Source: Sediminibacterium sp. (GTDB lineage: Bacteria > Bacteroidota > Bacteroidia > Chitinophagales > Chitinophagaceae). Taken from it: 64,000 bases of DNA. Under the pieces are notes generated by a model that saw only the letters and a program-made list of their open reading frames with translations, made no database searches and was not told where the DNA came from. This document shows, piece by piece, positions 1 through 10,669 of this stretch. The stretch lies in assembly GCA_030726065.1 (NCBI GenBank), contig JANREK010000006.1:46002-110001 (forward strand), read 5' to 3'. The position numbers and the translations under genes are program-made. Every line of letters starts with the position of its first letter. The stretch's first letter is position 1.

Positions 1-2991
1 TACATAGCTTGAAGCACCTGCAACCGGACTCGGAGAACTTGCTGCTGCATTTACGGTAACAAATTGAGATAGGCCGGGATAGTAAGTGGTATCGGTAGCC
101 ATGTACATCAATTCAAATTTAATTTTTCCAGCATTTGCAGTATATAATTTTACGGTATTAATAGTCATTGGGGTACCTGTGGTTACCTTCATGTAATTAC
201 CTCTAAAATTATTGTAACCTCCTGCACCCAATGTGGTATTGTGGGCGGGTCCAACAAATCCTTGGAACCCATGTGTTAAATATAAATTACTTTTTGTGGA
301 TGTCGCGGTGATATTAGATCCTACTGCGATGGGTGTTTCTAAGTTTGCACTGTCATACCAAATGTAACTTTTACTTGCTGATGGTGAATTTACAGTAAGC
401 TTTAAACTATTGTTACAATTGATTGCGGTACCTGTAGGTGCTATACTATTATCGGCAGTTGTGATAACCGTAGCTAAAGTATTATTTTCTTTTAGTTGGT
501 CAATTGTTGAGGTAACGGTTGCAGTGAATGAATATTTAGTAGCTGCTTCTAAATTGATGGGTTTTTGGAAAGTATAATTCATGGACTCTCCCGCTTCCAG
601 TCGGCCATTAAAAGTTTCATTGATATTTAAAATGGTATTTGTACCCTTTGTTACTGTTAAGCTAAGCGGGAAGTTTTTTTGTTGTGTTGTACCATTGTTG
701 GTCACTTTTACGGTAACATATTGTACAGATCTTTTACAAGCTGCATTCTGTGGACTTACCAAATCTGACATTTGTAAATCGCTAGACGGGTTGATGATTC
801 TTAAAGTATAATCCTGTGTTTCTCCATTTGTATAAGTGCCACATGCCAATACGTTGGCGCTATTGCTTGTTTCCATCACCACAATTCGTAACTTTATTAA
901 GCGACCAAGTTGTAATGTATCGGGCAAGCTGATATTTGCAGTATAATTACTATTCGTGATTCCAGTACTTGTATTGACTAATTCATTTGTTTCAAATGTG
1001 CCATTGCTATTATAGTCAATAAAGGTTTTTACGAAGCGCGTATTATTGGTCGCATCTGCACTTCCTAGTTTTAAAAATAAATTGAGCGTACTGTTGGGTT
1101 CGCCGTTGATGAATAAATTGGTATTATCTACATAATCCTTATTAGTCGCTGGTACAAATTGAATGTTATTAAGGCTTACGCTGTCAATTTTACTACCAGT
1201 GCTTGAGCTTGCAGTGGATGCGCAATAAGCTGCACCACCTGCACCGCTGATGACTAATGAATAAGGTTGTTGTCCTCGATCTAAATTACGCTTATGCTTA
1301 ACTTTAATCAAATAGCTTTTACCTACTAATGTGGTATCGATTTCTACTTTTTCAACATTGTCTAAAATATTGTCACCTTTAAAAGCAGCACTGGCAGGAG
1401 TTTTCGGATTTAGTTTCCATGAATTAGTGATTTTGGTGCCTTGACTTATTGTTAAGTCCAAGTCGTTCACCAATTGGGGTGTTGTGTCATTTAATGTACT
1501 TCTGACAGTCCCTTTAACATCGTTCCAAACAATACTTGCTTTTACTGGGGTTTTCCCGGAAGCAATAATTGTATAGGTAGTGGAGTCTAAATTATTTAAG
1601 GTGTTTTCGTAGACTAAGTCAGAACTAGCATTGCTATTTTTGGTGGTTAATGCATTCTTCAAAACGGTTGCGGCATCAAACATATTAAGTAATCCCCATC
1701 CAAATTTGTAATCTGGTCCAGGGTTGGGTCCTGATTCATTTGCTGTATGTATCGCTAAAGCTTTCACTGTGGTCGATCGCAAAAACTTTTTAGGACTTAA
1801 TTGTTGGCTTAGTTCTTGTAATAATAATAAGGAGCCGGCAGCATTTGGGGTTGCCATCGAAGTCCCATTCTTATAACCGTAACTAGAATCATGGGAAGCA
1901 GTGGCTGAAAATACAGACACGCCATCCGCTACAATATCGGGCTTAATTCTTCCATCATCCGTTGGCCCCCAACTACTAAACGAGGACATGACCACATCTT
2001 CCTTTTTGGTATAGGGGCTTGACAAGCCAAAAACGGCACCTACCACCAATAAATTTTTTGCATTAATATCTGCAGATAAAGTTTCATAACCATCATTACT
2101 GCTTAAGCTATCAGGCCTTCCGCCTGCATTATACATTTTCCCATTGGCATCTCTTCTCCAATAGGGATCACCCACTTTTGGGCCAGTACTTCCATGATTA
2201 TTTCCAGCAGCTTTCGCAATTAAATAAAAAGGTGCATTGTACATAATGGAATCGTGTAACTGTGCTTTATAATTGTAAAGACCAAATTTAAAATCTTCCT
2301 TTTCATCGAACTTACCATTGAATTCCCAACGATCAGAAGAATCACTATTTTGATCCCACCCACTAACTATTCCGTAAGAGTGATTGGAAATAAGCATTCC
2401 ATTGGCTGCGGCTGCAGACATTTCACTATTGTCATTATTCCAATCATAGGAATAAGCCCCTTTTAAATTATAGGACATCCCTTTTGCTAATGGATTCAAT
2501 CCCTTACTCATAACAGTGCCAATTACATGCGTGCCATGTTCATAAGCTTTAGTGGCATTGTCTTTTTGTACAATTCTGTTTCTAAGTTCAATATGTGAAG
2601 TAAGTACCGCACCTTGATCCCAAACGCCGAAAGTATTTGTCAAGCTATCGCTTTCACCAGTTAAATTAAAACCGTTAGCTGCGGTTGGCCAAAGTTTATT
2701 CGTATTGACTGTGATTGCGGGAATAGGATCGGCAAAGCTTGTATAATAAATGGGTAGGCCTAACGCATCAATACCTATTAAGGAACGACGGTTATTGCCG
2801 GCTTGATAAAATAAGGGCCATCTTTTTTCCTTGGCTTTGATTAAAGCTTCTGAATAGGAAGCGCGTGATTCAATATCTAAAGATTTTGCCGTACTTAATA
2901 ATATTAATTTTCTGGCTTGAACCTGTGCATTTATTTGTTGAAAAAAAATAAATGAAACCAATAAACAAATTTGCCATTTTTTCACATGCAT
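1..2991 (-). CDS. S8 (subtilisin-family) serine peptidase, large multidomain secreted protein; C-terminus lies beyond the window edge
   Basis: Absent from the ORF track because the frame is open at position 1. My translation of the minus strand from ATG 2991-2989 gives the signal peptide MHVKKWQICLLVSFIFFQQINAQ and I saw no stop across 997 codons. The subtilase triad motifs occur in D-H-S order (GVWDQG, HGTHVIGT, NGTSMATP). They are followed by a GWGLLN P-domain-like segment, a CGTYTNGETQDYTL (GEVED-like) segment and beta-rich modules. Confidence 0.85.
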   Translation of the reverse strand, partial: MHVKKWQICLLVSFIFFQQINAQVQARKLILLSTAKSLDIESRASYSEALIKAKEKRWPLFYQAGNNRRSLIGIDALGLPIYYTSFADPIPAITVNTNKLWPTAANGFNLTGESDSLTNTFGVWDQGAVLTSHIELRNRIVQKDNATKAYEHGTHVIGTVMSKGLNPLAKGMSYNLKGAYSYDWNNDNSEMSAAAANGMLISNHSYGIVSGWDQNSDSSDRWEFNGKFDEKEDFKFGLYNYKAQLHDSIMYNAPFYLIAKAAGNNHGSTGPKVGDPYWRRDANGKMYNAGGRPDSLSSNDGYETLSADINAKNLLVVGAVFGLSSPYTKKEDVVMSSFSSWGPTDDGRIKPDIVADGVSVFSATASHDSSYGYKNGTSMATPNAAGSLLLLQELSQQLSPKKFLRSTTVKALAIHTANESGPNPGPDYKFGWGLLNMFDAATVLKNALTTKNSNASSDLVYENTLNNLDSTTYTIIASGKTPVKASIVWNDVKGTVRSTLNDTTPQLVNDLDLTISQGTKITNSWKLNPKTPASAAFKGDNILDNVEKVEIDTTLVGKSYLIKVKHKRNLDRGQQPYSLVISGAGGAAYCASTASSSTGSKIDSVSLNNIQFVPATNKDYVDNTNLFINGEPNSTLNLFLKLGSADATNNTRFVKTFIDYNSNGTFETNELVNTSTGITNSNYTANISLPDTLQLGRLIKLRIVVMETSNSANVLACGTYTNGETQDYTLRIINPSSDLQMSDLVSPQNAACKRSVQYVTVKVTNNGTTQQKNFPLSLTVTKGTNTILNINETFNGRLEAGESMNYTFQKPINLEAATKYSFTATVTSTIDQLKENNTLATVITTADNSIAPTGTAINCNNSLKLTVNSPSASKSYIWYDSANLETPIAVGSNITATSTKSNLYLTHGFQGFVGPAHNTTLGAGGYNNFRGNYMKVTTGTPMTINTVKLYTANAGKIKFELMYMATDTTYYPGLSQFVTVNAAASSPSPVAGASSYV

Positions 2992-3154
2992 GTATTTATA
3001 AAACCTTTAAATAGGAATATTCGAAATTACAATATATTATCTATATTTTGGCAATTTACCTGATTTGTAAGCCTCCATTCATAGGTCGTTTTTCCTAATA
3101 GTTGTTTGTAAATCGGTTTAAATTTTGTTGTAACTTTAAACAAATGCACATGTA

Positions 3155-3625
3155 ATGAAAAGCGTCTACGCAACTACTTTAGGACTAATGCTACTAGCTG
3201 GATTATTTTTGGGTTGTCTGACAGTCAATAAGCAATCAAAAGCACAAGTAGCGCAGGGTATTCAAGGTCAAGTTTTTGAACAAAAAGGCAATCAAATGCC
3301 ACAAAAAGGAAAGCCATTTTCAAAGGGTGTTGGATATGCGACCCAGCTCTATGTTTTTGAACCAACGAACATTCAATCTGCAGGTCAAATAAGCGGTAAT
3401 ATATTTAATCTGCCAACCACTCAATTAATTGGGAGTTTTACAACTGATTCATTGGGCCATTTTAAGGTAAATTTAGCTCCAGGCAGGTATAGCATTTTTG
3501 TCGGGTATGAAAAAGGGTATTATGCAACAAGTTTTAACCAACTAAATGAACTAGGAATAGTGCAAGTTGTAGCGGGAACCTTTGTGCCTATGGAAGTAAT
3601 TATTAGCGCCAAAGCAAGTTATTAG
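3155..3625 (+). CDS. small lipoprotein with a carboxypeptidase-regulatory-like beta-sandwich signature
   Basis: The N-terminus MKSVYATTLGLMLLAGLFLGC carries a lipobox (LFLGC). The GHFKVNLAPGRYSIFVGYEKGYY pattern is typical of CarboxypepD_reg-like domains. No closer identification is possible. Confidence 0.5.
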   Translation: MKSVYATTLGLMLLAGLFLGCLTVNKQSKAQVAQGIQGQVFEQKGNQMPQKGKPFSKGVGYATQLYVFEPTNIQSAGQISGNIFNLPTTQLIGSFTTDSLGHFKVNLAPGRYSIFVGYEKGYYATSFNQLNELGIVQVVAGTFVPMEVIISAKASY

Positions 3626-3636
3626 TATTGAAATAG

Positions 3637-3644
3637 TATCTTTG
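3637..3644 (+). promoter_or_regulatory. Bacteroidota sigma-A -7 box TATCTTTG upstream of mfd
   Basis: Exact match to TAnnTTTG, 11 nt before the ATG at 3656. No clear -33 TTG is present. Confidence 0.4.
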
Positions 3645-3655
3645 TAGGGTGATGT

Positions 3656-6600
3656 ATGAATGAGCAATCCTTGTTTGAACGGTTTAATGTATCCCCCCTC
3701 CTAAATTCTTTGGCGGACAGGATAGCTATGTCCGAGACACAAAAAATTCCTTTTCAAATTTTTCTGCAGCACCTCAATGGATCGGCACCTGCTTTTGTTT
3801 TACAAACTATTTTTACGCATGAAAAAACGAATCAGTGGAATCATATTGTCGTATTGAATGATGCAGAAGAAGCAGCTTATTTTTTTAATTCCATTGAAAG
3901 CGTGACTGAGGCGATGGATTTGTTTTATTTTCCCTCCTCTTTCAAAACACCTCACAATTTTAATTTTTTAAATCCTTCGCATGTAATGTTGCGAACCGAA
4001 GCATTGACTAAAATTTCAATGGGCGGCAATAAAAAAATTATTGTGACTTATCCTGAAGCGCTTTTTGAAAAAGTGATACTTCCCAAAACTTTACAAAAAA
4101 ATATCATTCAAATCAAAACCAATGATAGTATTGATTTGAATGCTATGATGCAGCAATTTATAGATTATGGTTTTGAACGCACCGATTTTGTATACGAGCC
4201 AGGGCAGTTTGCACTTAGGGGCGGTATTTTTGATATTTACTCTTTCGGCAATGAAAAGCCATATCGTATTGAATTATTTGGTGAGGAAGTGGATAGTATT
4301 CGCTTATTTGATCCTGCAACGCAATTGAGTGAACGTAAATTATTGCAAGTAAATATTATTCCAAATGTTACTACGCAATTTGAGGATACTGAAAAAATTC
4401 CACTCATTGAATTTATGAATAGTAACACTATTCTTTGGATAAAGGATTGGAATGTAATTAAGCAACGTGGCATGGATCAATGGGAGTCCTTAAATGATTT
4501 TTTAACCCATACAGCAAACAATAAACCTATTGAATTGGGGGACGCGCATATCAAACATACCCAATTAGATGATTTTGATACGGTTGAAAATGCAGAGGCT
4601 TCATTATTGAATAGCACCATTATAGAATGGGGGTTTCAAGCAAATATTTCAAAGGAGGTTATTTCAATTAACACCCAAGTGCAGCCTAGCTTTAATCGAC
4701 AATTTCAATTGTTGATTGCCAACTTGCAGGAGCTTGAAAAAAAGGGCTATGCTTTATTTATTTTTGCAGAGCAAGCCAAGCAGTTGGAGCGTTTGCATGC
4801 TATTTTCACAGACTTGAAAACGGAAATACAATTTACACCTATTGTAAAAAATATTCACGAAGGTTTTATTGATCATGATCATAAAATTGTTTGTTATACG
4901 GATCATCAAATATTTCAACGTTATCATAAATACAAAGTTAAGCAGGCCTATAGTAAAAGTAAGGCCATTACGCTCAGAACATTACGTGATATGCAGCCCG
5001 GCGATTATGTTACGCATATTGATCATGGCGTGGGTGTTTATAGTGGGTTGCAAAAAATTGACGTGAATGGTTTAATGCAGGAAGCGGTGAGAATAATTTA
5101 TAAGGACAGTGATATATTATATGTGAATATAAATTCACTACACAAAATTTCAAAATACACGGGGAAGGAAGGGGCGCCTCCAAAAATTAATAAGTTAGGT
5201 TCGGATGCTTGGGTAAAATTAAAAGACAAAACAAAAGCAAAGGTGAAGGAAATTGCCTTCGATTTGATAAAGTTGTATGCACAACGTAAGGCACAAGCTG
5301 GCTTTGCATTTACGCCGGATAATTACATGCAATATGAATTGGAAGCTTCGTTTATTTATGAGGAAACTTTGGATCAAGCAAAGGCAATAGCCGATGTAAA
5401 AAAGGATATGGAAACGCCTTCGCCTATGGATAGATTGGTTTGTGGTGATGTGGGTTTTGGTAAAACAGAAGTAGCAGTTAGGGCTGCTTTTAAAGCGGCC
5501 ATTGATGGAAAGCAAGTAGCACTTTTGGTGCCCACCACCATTTTAGCATTTCAACATTATAAAACCTTTGTGGATCGATTAAAGGATTTTCCTATTACGG
5601 TTGATTATTTGAATCGATTTAAATCTGCCGCACAAAAAAAGGAAACCATTGAAAAAGTAAAACAAGGGAAGTTGGATATTTTAGTGGGTACGCATGGTAT
5701 TTTAGGGAAGGATGTGGTATTTAAGGATTTGGGTTTAATGATTATTGATGAAGAACAAAAGTTTGGGGTAGGGCATAAAGAAAAATTAAAAACATTAAGA
5801 GCGACGGTTGATTGTTTAACATTAACTGCAACACCTATTCCACGAACCTTGCATTTTAGTTTAATGGGCGCGCGTGATTTAAGTATAATAAATACCCCAC
5901 CTGCCAATAGACAACCCATTCATACGGAAGTGCAGGTGTTTAACGAAGATTCAATTCGCGAAGCCATTTATTACGAAGCAGAAAGGGGTGGGCAGGTATT
6001 TTTTATTCATAATCGTGTACAAGGCTTGTCGGAAATGTGTGCAATTATTCAGCGTTTATGTCCTGACTTAAGTATTGGATTCGCACACGGTCAGTTAGAA
6101 GGGCATCAATTGGAAGAAAAAATATTAGATTTTATTGAGAAAAGATATGACGTGTTGGTGTGTACGAATATTGTGGAAAGTGGCGTGGATATTGCCAATG
6201 TGAATACCATCATCATTAATAATGCACATCAATTTGGCTTAAGTGATTTGCACCAATTAAGGGGAAGGGTAGGCCGAAGTAACAAAAAAGCATTTTGCTA
6301 TTTATTAGCGCCACCCATTAGTACTTTGCCTGATGACTCCAGAAAAAGATTGCAAACCTTAGAACAGTTTAGTGAGTTAGGTAGTGGATTTCAAATTGCG
6401 ATGCGCGATTTAGACATTCGCGGTGCGGGTAATTTATTAGGCGGAGAGCAAAGCGGGTTTATGGTGGAGATTGGATTTGAAATGTATCAGAAAATTTTAG
6501 CAGAAGCGGTAAGAGAATTAAAAAGATCTGATTTCAAAGAATTGTTCCAGGAAGAAATTAGTAAGCAGGATGATTATGTGCAAGACTGTACGATTGACAC

Positions 6601-7048
6601 TGATTTGGAAATTATGATTCCAGATATTTATGTGGAAAGTATTGGAGAGCGGCTCTCCTTATATACAAGATTGGATCAATCTGAAAATGACGAAGAATTA
6701 GATTTCCTGCATGGGGAAATGATTGATCGATTTGGTCCGATGCCTAAGTCAGTGGAAGATTTATTTACGACAGTAAAGTGCCGAAAAATAGCCATCGCAT
6801 TAGGTTTTGAAAAAATGACTTTGAAAGACGAAACAGTAAGGTGCTTTTTTATTAATCGTCCGGATGCGCCTTATTTTGAAAGTGATACATTCAAACAATT
6901 ATTATTGTTTGCCCAAACATCGATGAATACTGCCCATTTTAAACAAGCGGAAAAAAATTTCATATTAATTATTAAGGATATCAAAGGGATGAGTGAATGT
7001 TACCGTTTATTAAATAAAATACATACTGGCGTATTGGGCGTTAAATAA
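3656..7048 (+). CDS. mfd: transcription-repair coupling factor
   Basis: 1130 aa. It has a UvrB-homology N-terminus, a CarD-like segment (GDYVTHIDHGVGVY), superfamily-2 helicase motifs (GDVGFGKTEVA, IIDEEQKFGV, QLRGRVGRS) and a TRCF C-terminal domain. Confidence 0.95.
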   Translation: MNEQSLFERFNVSPLLNSLADRIAMSETQKIPFQIFLQHLNGSAPAFVLQTIFTHEKTNQWNHIVVLNDAEEAAYFFNSIESVTEAMDLFYFPSSFKTPHNFNFLNPSHVMLRTEALTKISMGGNKKIIVTYPEALFEKVILPKTLQKNIIQIKTNDSIDLNAMMQQFIDYGFERTDFVYEPGQFALRGGIFDIYSFGNEKPYRIELFGEEVDSIRLFDPATQLSERKLLQVNIIPNVTTQFEDTEKIPLIEFMNSNTILWIKDWNVIKQRGMDQWESLNDFLTHTANNKPIELGDAHIKHTQLDDFDTVENAEASLLNSTIIEWGFQANISKEVISINTQVQPSFNRQFQLLIANLQELEKKGYALFIFAEQAKQLERLHAIFTDLKTEIQFTPIVKNIHEGFIDHDHKIVCYTDHQIFQRYHKYKVKQAYSKSKAITLRTLRDMQPGDYVTHIDHGVGVYSGLQKIDVNGLMQEAVRIIYKDSDILYVNINSLHKISKYTGKEGAPPKINKLGSDAWVKLKDKTKAKVKEIAFDLIKLYAQRKAQAGFAFTPDNYMQYELEASFIYEETLDQAKAIADVKKDMETPSPMDRLVCGDVGFGKTEVAVRAAFKAAIDGKQVALLVPTTILAFQHYKTFVDRLKDFPITVDYLNRFKSAAQKKETIEKVKQGKLDILVGTHGILGKDVVFKDLGLMIIDEEQKFGVGHKEKLKTLRATVDCLTLTATPIPRTLHFSLMGARDLSIINTPPANRQPIHTEVQVFNEDSIREAIYYEAERGGQVFFIHNRVQGLSEMCAIIQRLCPDLSIGFAHGQLEGHQLEEKILDFIEKRYDVLVCTNIVESGVDIANVNTIIINNAHQFGLSDLHQLRGRVGRSNKKAFCYLLAPPISTLPDDSRKRLQTLEQFSELGSGFQIAMRDLDIRGAGNLLGGEQSGFMVEIGFEMYQKILAEAVRELKRSDFKELFQEEISKQDDYVQDCTIDTDLEIMIPDIYVESIGERLSLYTRLDQSENDEELDFLHGEMIDRFGPMPKSVEDLFTTVKCRKIAIALGFEKMTLKDETVRCFFINRPDAPYFESDTFKQLLLFAQTSMNTAHFKQAEKNFILIIKDIKGMSECYRLLNKIHTGVLGVK

Positions 7049-7074
7049 GTGAATACGTTAAATGCATAAAATAG

Positions 7075-7109
7075 AAAAAGCCGCACTCGATTCATCGAGT
7101 GCGGCTTTT
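7075..7109. terminator. bidirectional intrinsic terminator between convergent mfd and the 68-aa ORF
   Basis: Perfect 11-bp stem GCCGCACTCGA / TCGAGTGCGGC (7080-7090 / 7095-7105) with loop TTCA. It is flanked by an A-run on one side and a T-run on the other. Confidence 0.7.
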
Positions 7110-7147
7110 AAATAAGATTGGAATTGTGTAGAAAAGATCCAGTTAAA

Positions 7148-7354
7148 CTAGAATCCTTTTGTAGCCACTCCGTCAGCAATTGCTTTAAGCGCATTTGTTT
7201 CGCTTAAGATCGCTGCCATTTTATTTCCTTTACCATCATTGCCACCTGCCATATAACCGCCTTTTGCAGTTCTAGTGATGACAGCGTCAAGCATGGGTAC
7301 ATTTTTTTCTTTTGTTTTTAAGCAATACGCTTTAATCATTTTTGTAGTGTCCAT
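7148..7354 (-). CDS. small conserved-looking hypothetical protein (68 aa), possibly a zinc-ribbon-derived fold
   Basis: Clean ORF with its own terminator (7075-7109). The sequence MIKAYCLKTKEKNVPMLDAVITRTAKGGYMAGGNDGKGNKMAAILSETNALKAIADG has the spacing of small KAYC.KCK...G.C..CG.KM zinc-ribbon proteins but contains only one Cys. Function unknown. Confidence 0.45.
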   Translation of the reverse strand: MDTTKMIKAYCLKTKEKNVPMLDAVITRTAKGGYMAGGNDGKGNKMAAILSETNALKAIADGVATKGF

Positions 7355-7471
7355 TTTGTATAAATTTTAAAGTGAAAATTTCTAATTGAAAGTAGGTTAT
7401 TTATTGTGATTCATTTAAGTTCAAGGGCTGTTTTTTGTTAAAATGGCCAAAAATTGTATTAATACTAACTT

Positions 7472-9475
<2,004 letters not shown>

Positions 9476-9497
9476 TTATAGGCATTCCGAATGCACA

Positions 9498-9505
9498 CAA
9501 ACTTA
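9498..9505 (-). promoter_or_regulatory. candidate -7 box TAAGTTTG for gyrB
   Basis: The minus strand reads TAAGTTTG, an exact TAnnTTTG match, 46 nt upstream of the gyrB ATG (9451). No -33 element was found. Confidence 0.35.
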
Positions 9506-9660
9506 AGAAAATTAAGGGTTTAAAGCCTGTTTTAGCCCCAATTTAGTTATCCCCATTTTGGCCATTTTGTGCATAGCTTTTTAGCCTAAAAACGGGCCCT
9601 TTTTTTAGTCATTTTTGCGTCAGATTTTGGCCTTCAATAGTTACTTTACTTTTAATGCCT

Positions 9661-9668
9661 TAATTTTG
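9661..9668 (+). promoter_or_regulatory. -7 box TAATTTTG, 5 nt upstream of the AraC-family gene start
   Basis: Exact TAnnTTTG match; the ATG is at 9674. Confidence 0.4.
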
Positions 9669-9673
9669 CTTTT

Positions 9674-10597
9674 ATGACAGTAGCCCAGGAAATATTAAAA
9701 CAAGTAAATGCACCCCATGGATTTGACGGGATGGCCTTGTTGTATTCCAAGGAGCAGCGCATCCCAGGTTCTACCCAATACCATATTCGTCGATATGCAG
9801 CACAGGATAGTTGGACGGCCGAGGATACCGGCATGTTTGTATATCACTATAATGCTAGTACACCCAAGGATAACTATTTAGAATTACGATTTTGCATATC
9901 GGGCAACAGATATTGTGATAATAAATTATGTGGAACCTGTAATCAAATACCGACCACTGATTGTTCAGGCCCTTTGCGTACGATTGACGTTTTTTCATTT
10001 CATTTTACTTCCACTTTTTTACATCAATTTGTTCATCATGTAAAATTGGATAATAAAAAAGATGATTTATTGGCTTTTAAGTATCCAGAAAATTTTTCTA
10101 AAACATTTCAATTAAGTTTAAAAAAGCGAGCTACTTTGGATGCTTTGTTAAATCATAGTTATACAGGTTCACTTGAAAATATTTTTGTAAATGCGAAAGT
10201 GCATGAATTATTGGTGTATAGCTTGGAGCATGTCGTGGAAGAAAAAGACGCTGTATTTTCTTGTAAATTTTTAGCAGATGAGCGTGGCACTGAAAGCATA
10301 TATCAAGCACGTGAATTTTTATTACAACATATTGGAGATCCTATTACCATTAAGGAATTGAGCCGTAAGGTGGCAATGAATGAGTGTTATTTAAAGAAGG
10401 GTTTTAAAGAGGTTTTTGGCACTACGATATTTGATTTTTACCAACAACAAAGAATGGAACACGCGAAATATTTGTTGTATGAAAAAGCATTAAGTGTCAC
10501 GGACGTGTCCGCATTATTGGGCTATTCTTCCATCTCTCACTTTTCTGCCGCCTTTAAAAAACATACCGGCTTAAAACCTTGTGAGTTATTAAATTAA
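9674..10597 (+). CDS. AraC/XylS-family transcriptional regulator
   Basis: The C-terminal double helix-turn-helix (IKELSRKVAMNECYLKKGFKEVFG ... VTDVSALLGYSSISHFSAAFKKHTGLKP) is typical of the AraC family. The N-terminal sensor domain carries a five-Cys cluster. Confidence 0.85.
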   Translation: MTVAQEILKQVNAPHGFDGMALLYSKEQRIPGSTQYHIRRYAAQDSWTAEDTGMFVYHYNASTPKDNYLELRFCISGNRYCDNKLCGTCNQIPTTDCSGPLRTIDVFSFHFTSTFLHQFVHHVKLDNKKDDLLAFKYPENFSKTFQLSLKKRATLDALLNHSYTGSLENIFVNAKVHELLVYSLEHVVEEKDAVFSCKFLADERGTESIYQAREFLLQHIGDPITIKELSRKVAMNECYLKKGFKEVFGTTIFDFYQQQRMEHAKYLLYEKALSVTDVSALLGYSSISHFSAAFKKHTGLKPCELLN

Positions 10598-10669
10598 TTA
10601 GGATTTCGTTTATCCTATTTTGTAGTTTCTTCCTTTTATTTTAGTTATTTTTATTTCTCAAACTATTCT

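Noticed and set aside
581-811. 76-aa plus-strand ORF, the only track entry in the first 3 kb
   Set aside because: It lies antisense inside the long, motif-supported S8 peptidase frame, and its low-complexity hydrophobic translation has no recognisable features.
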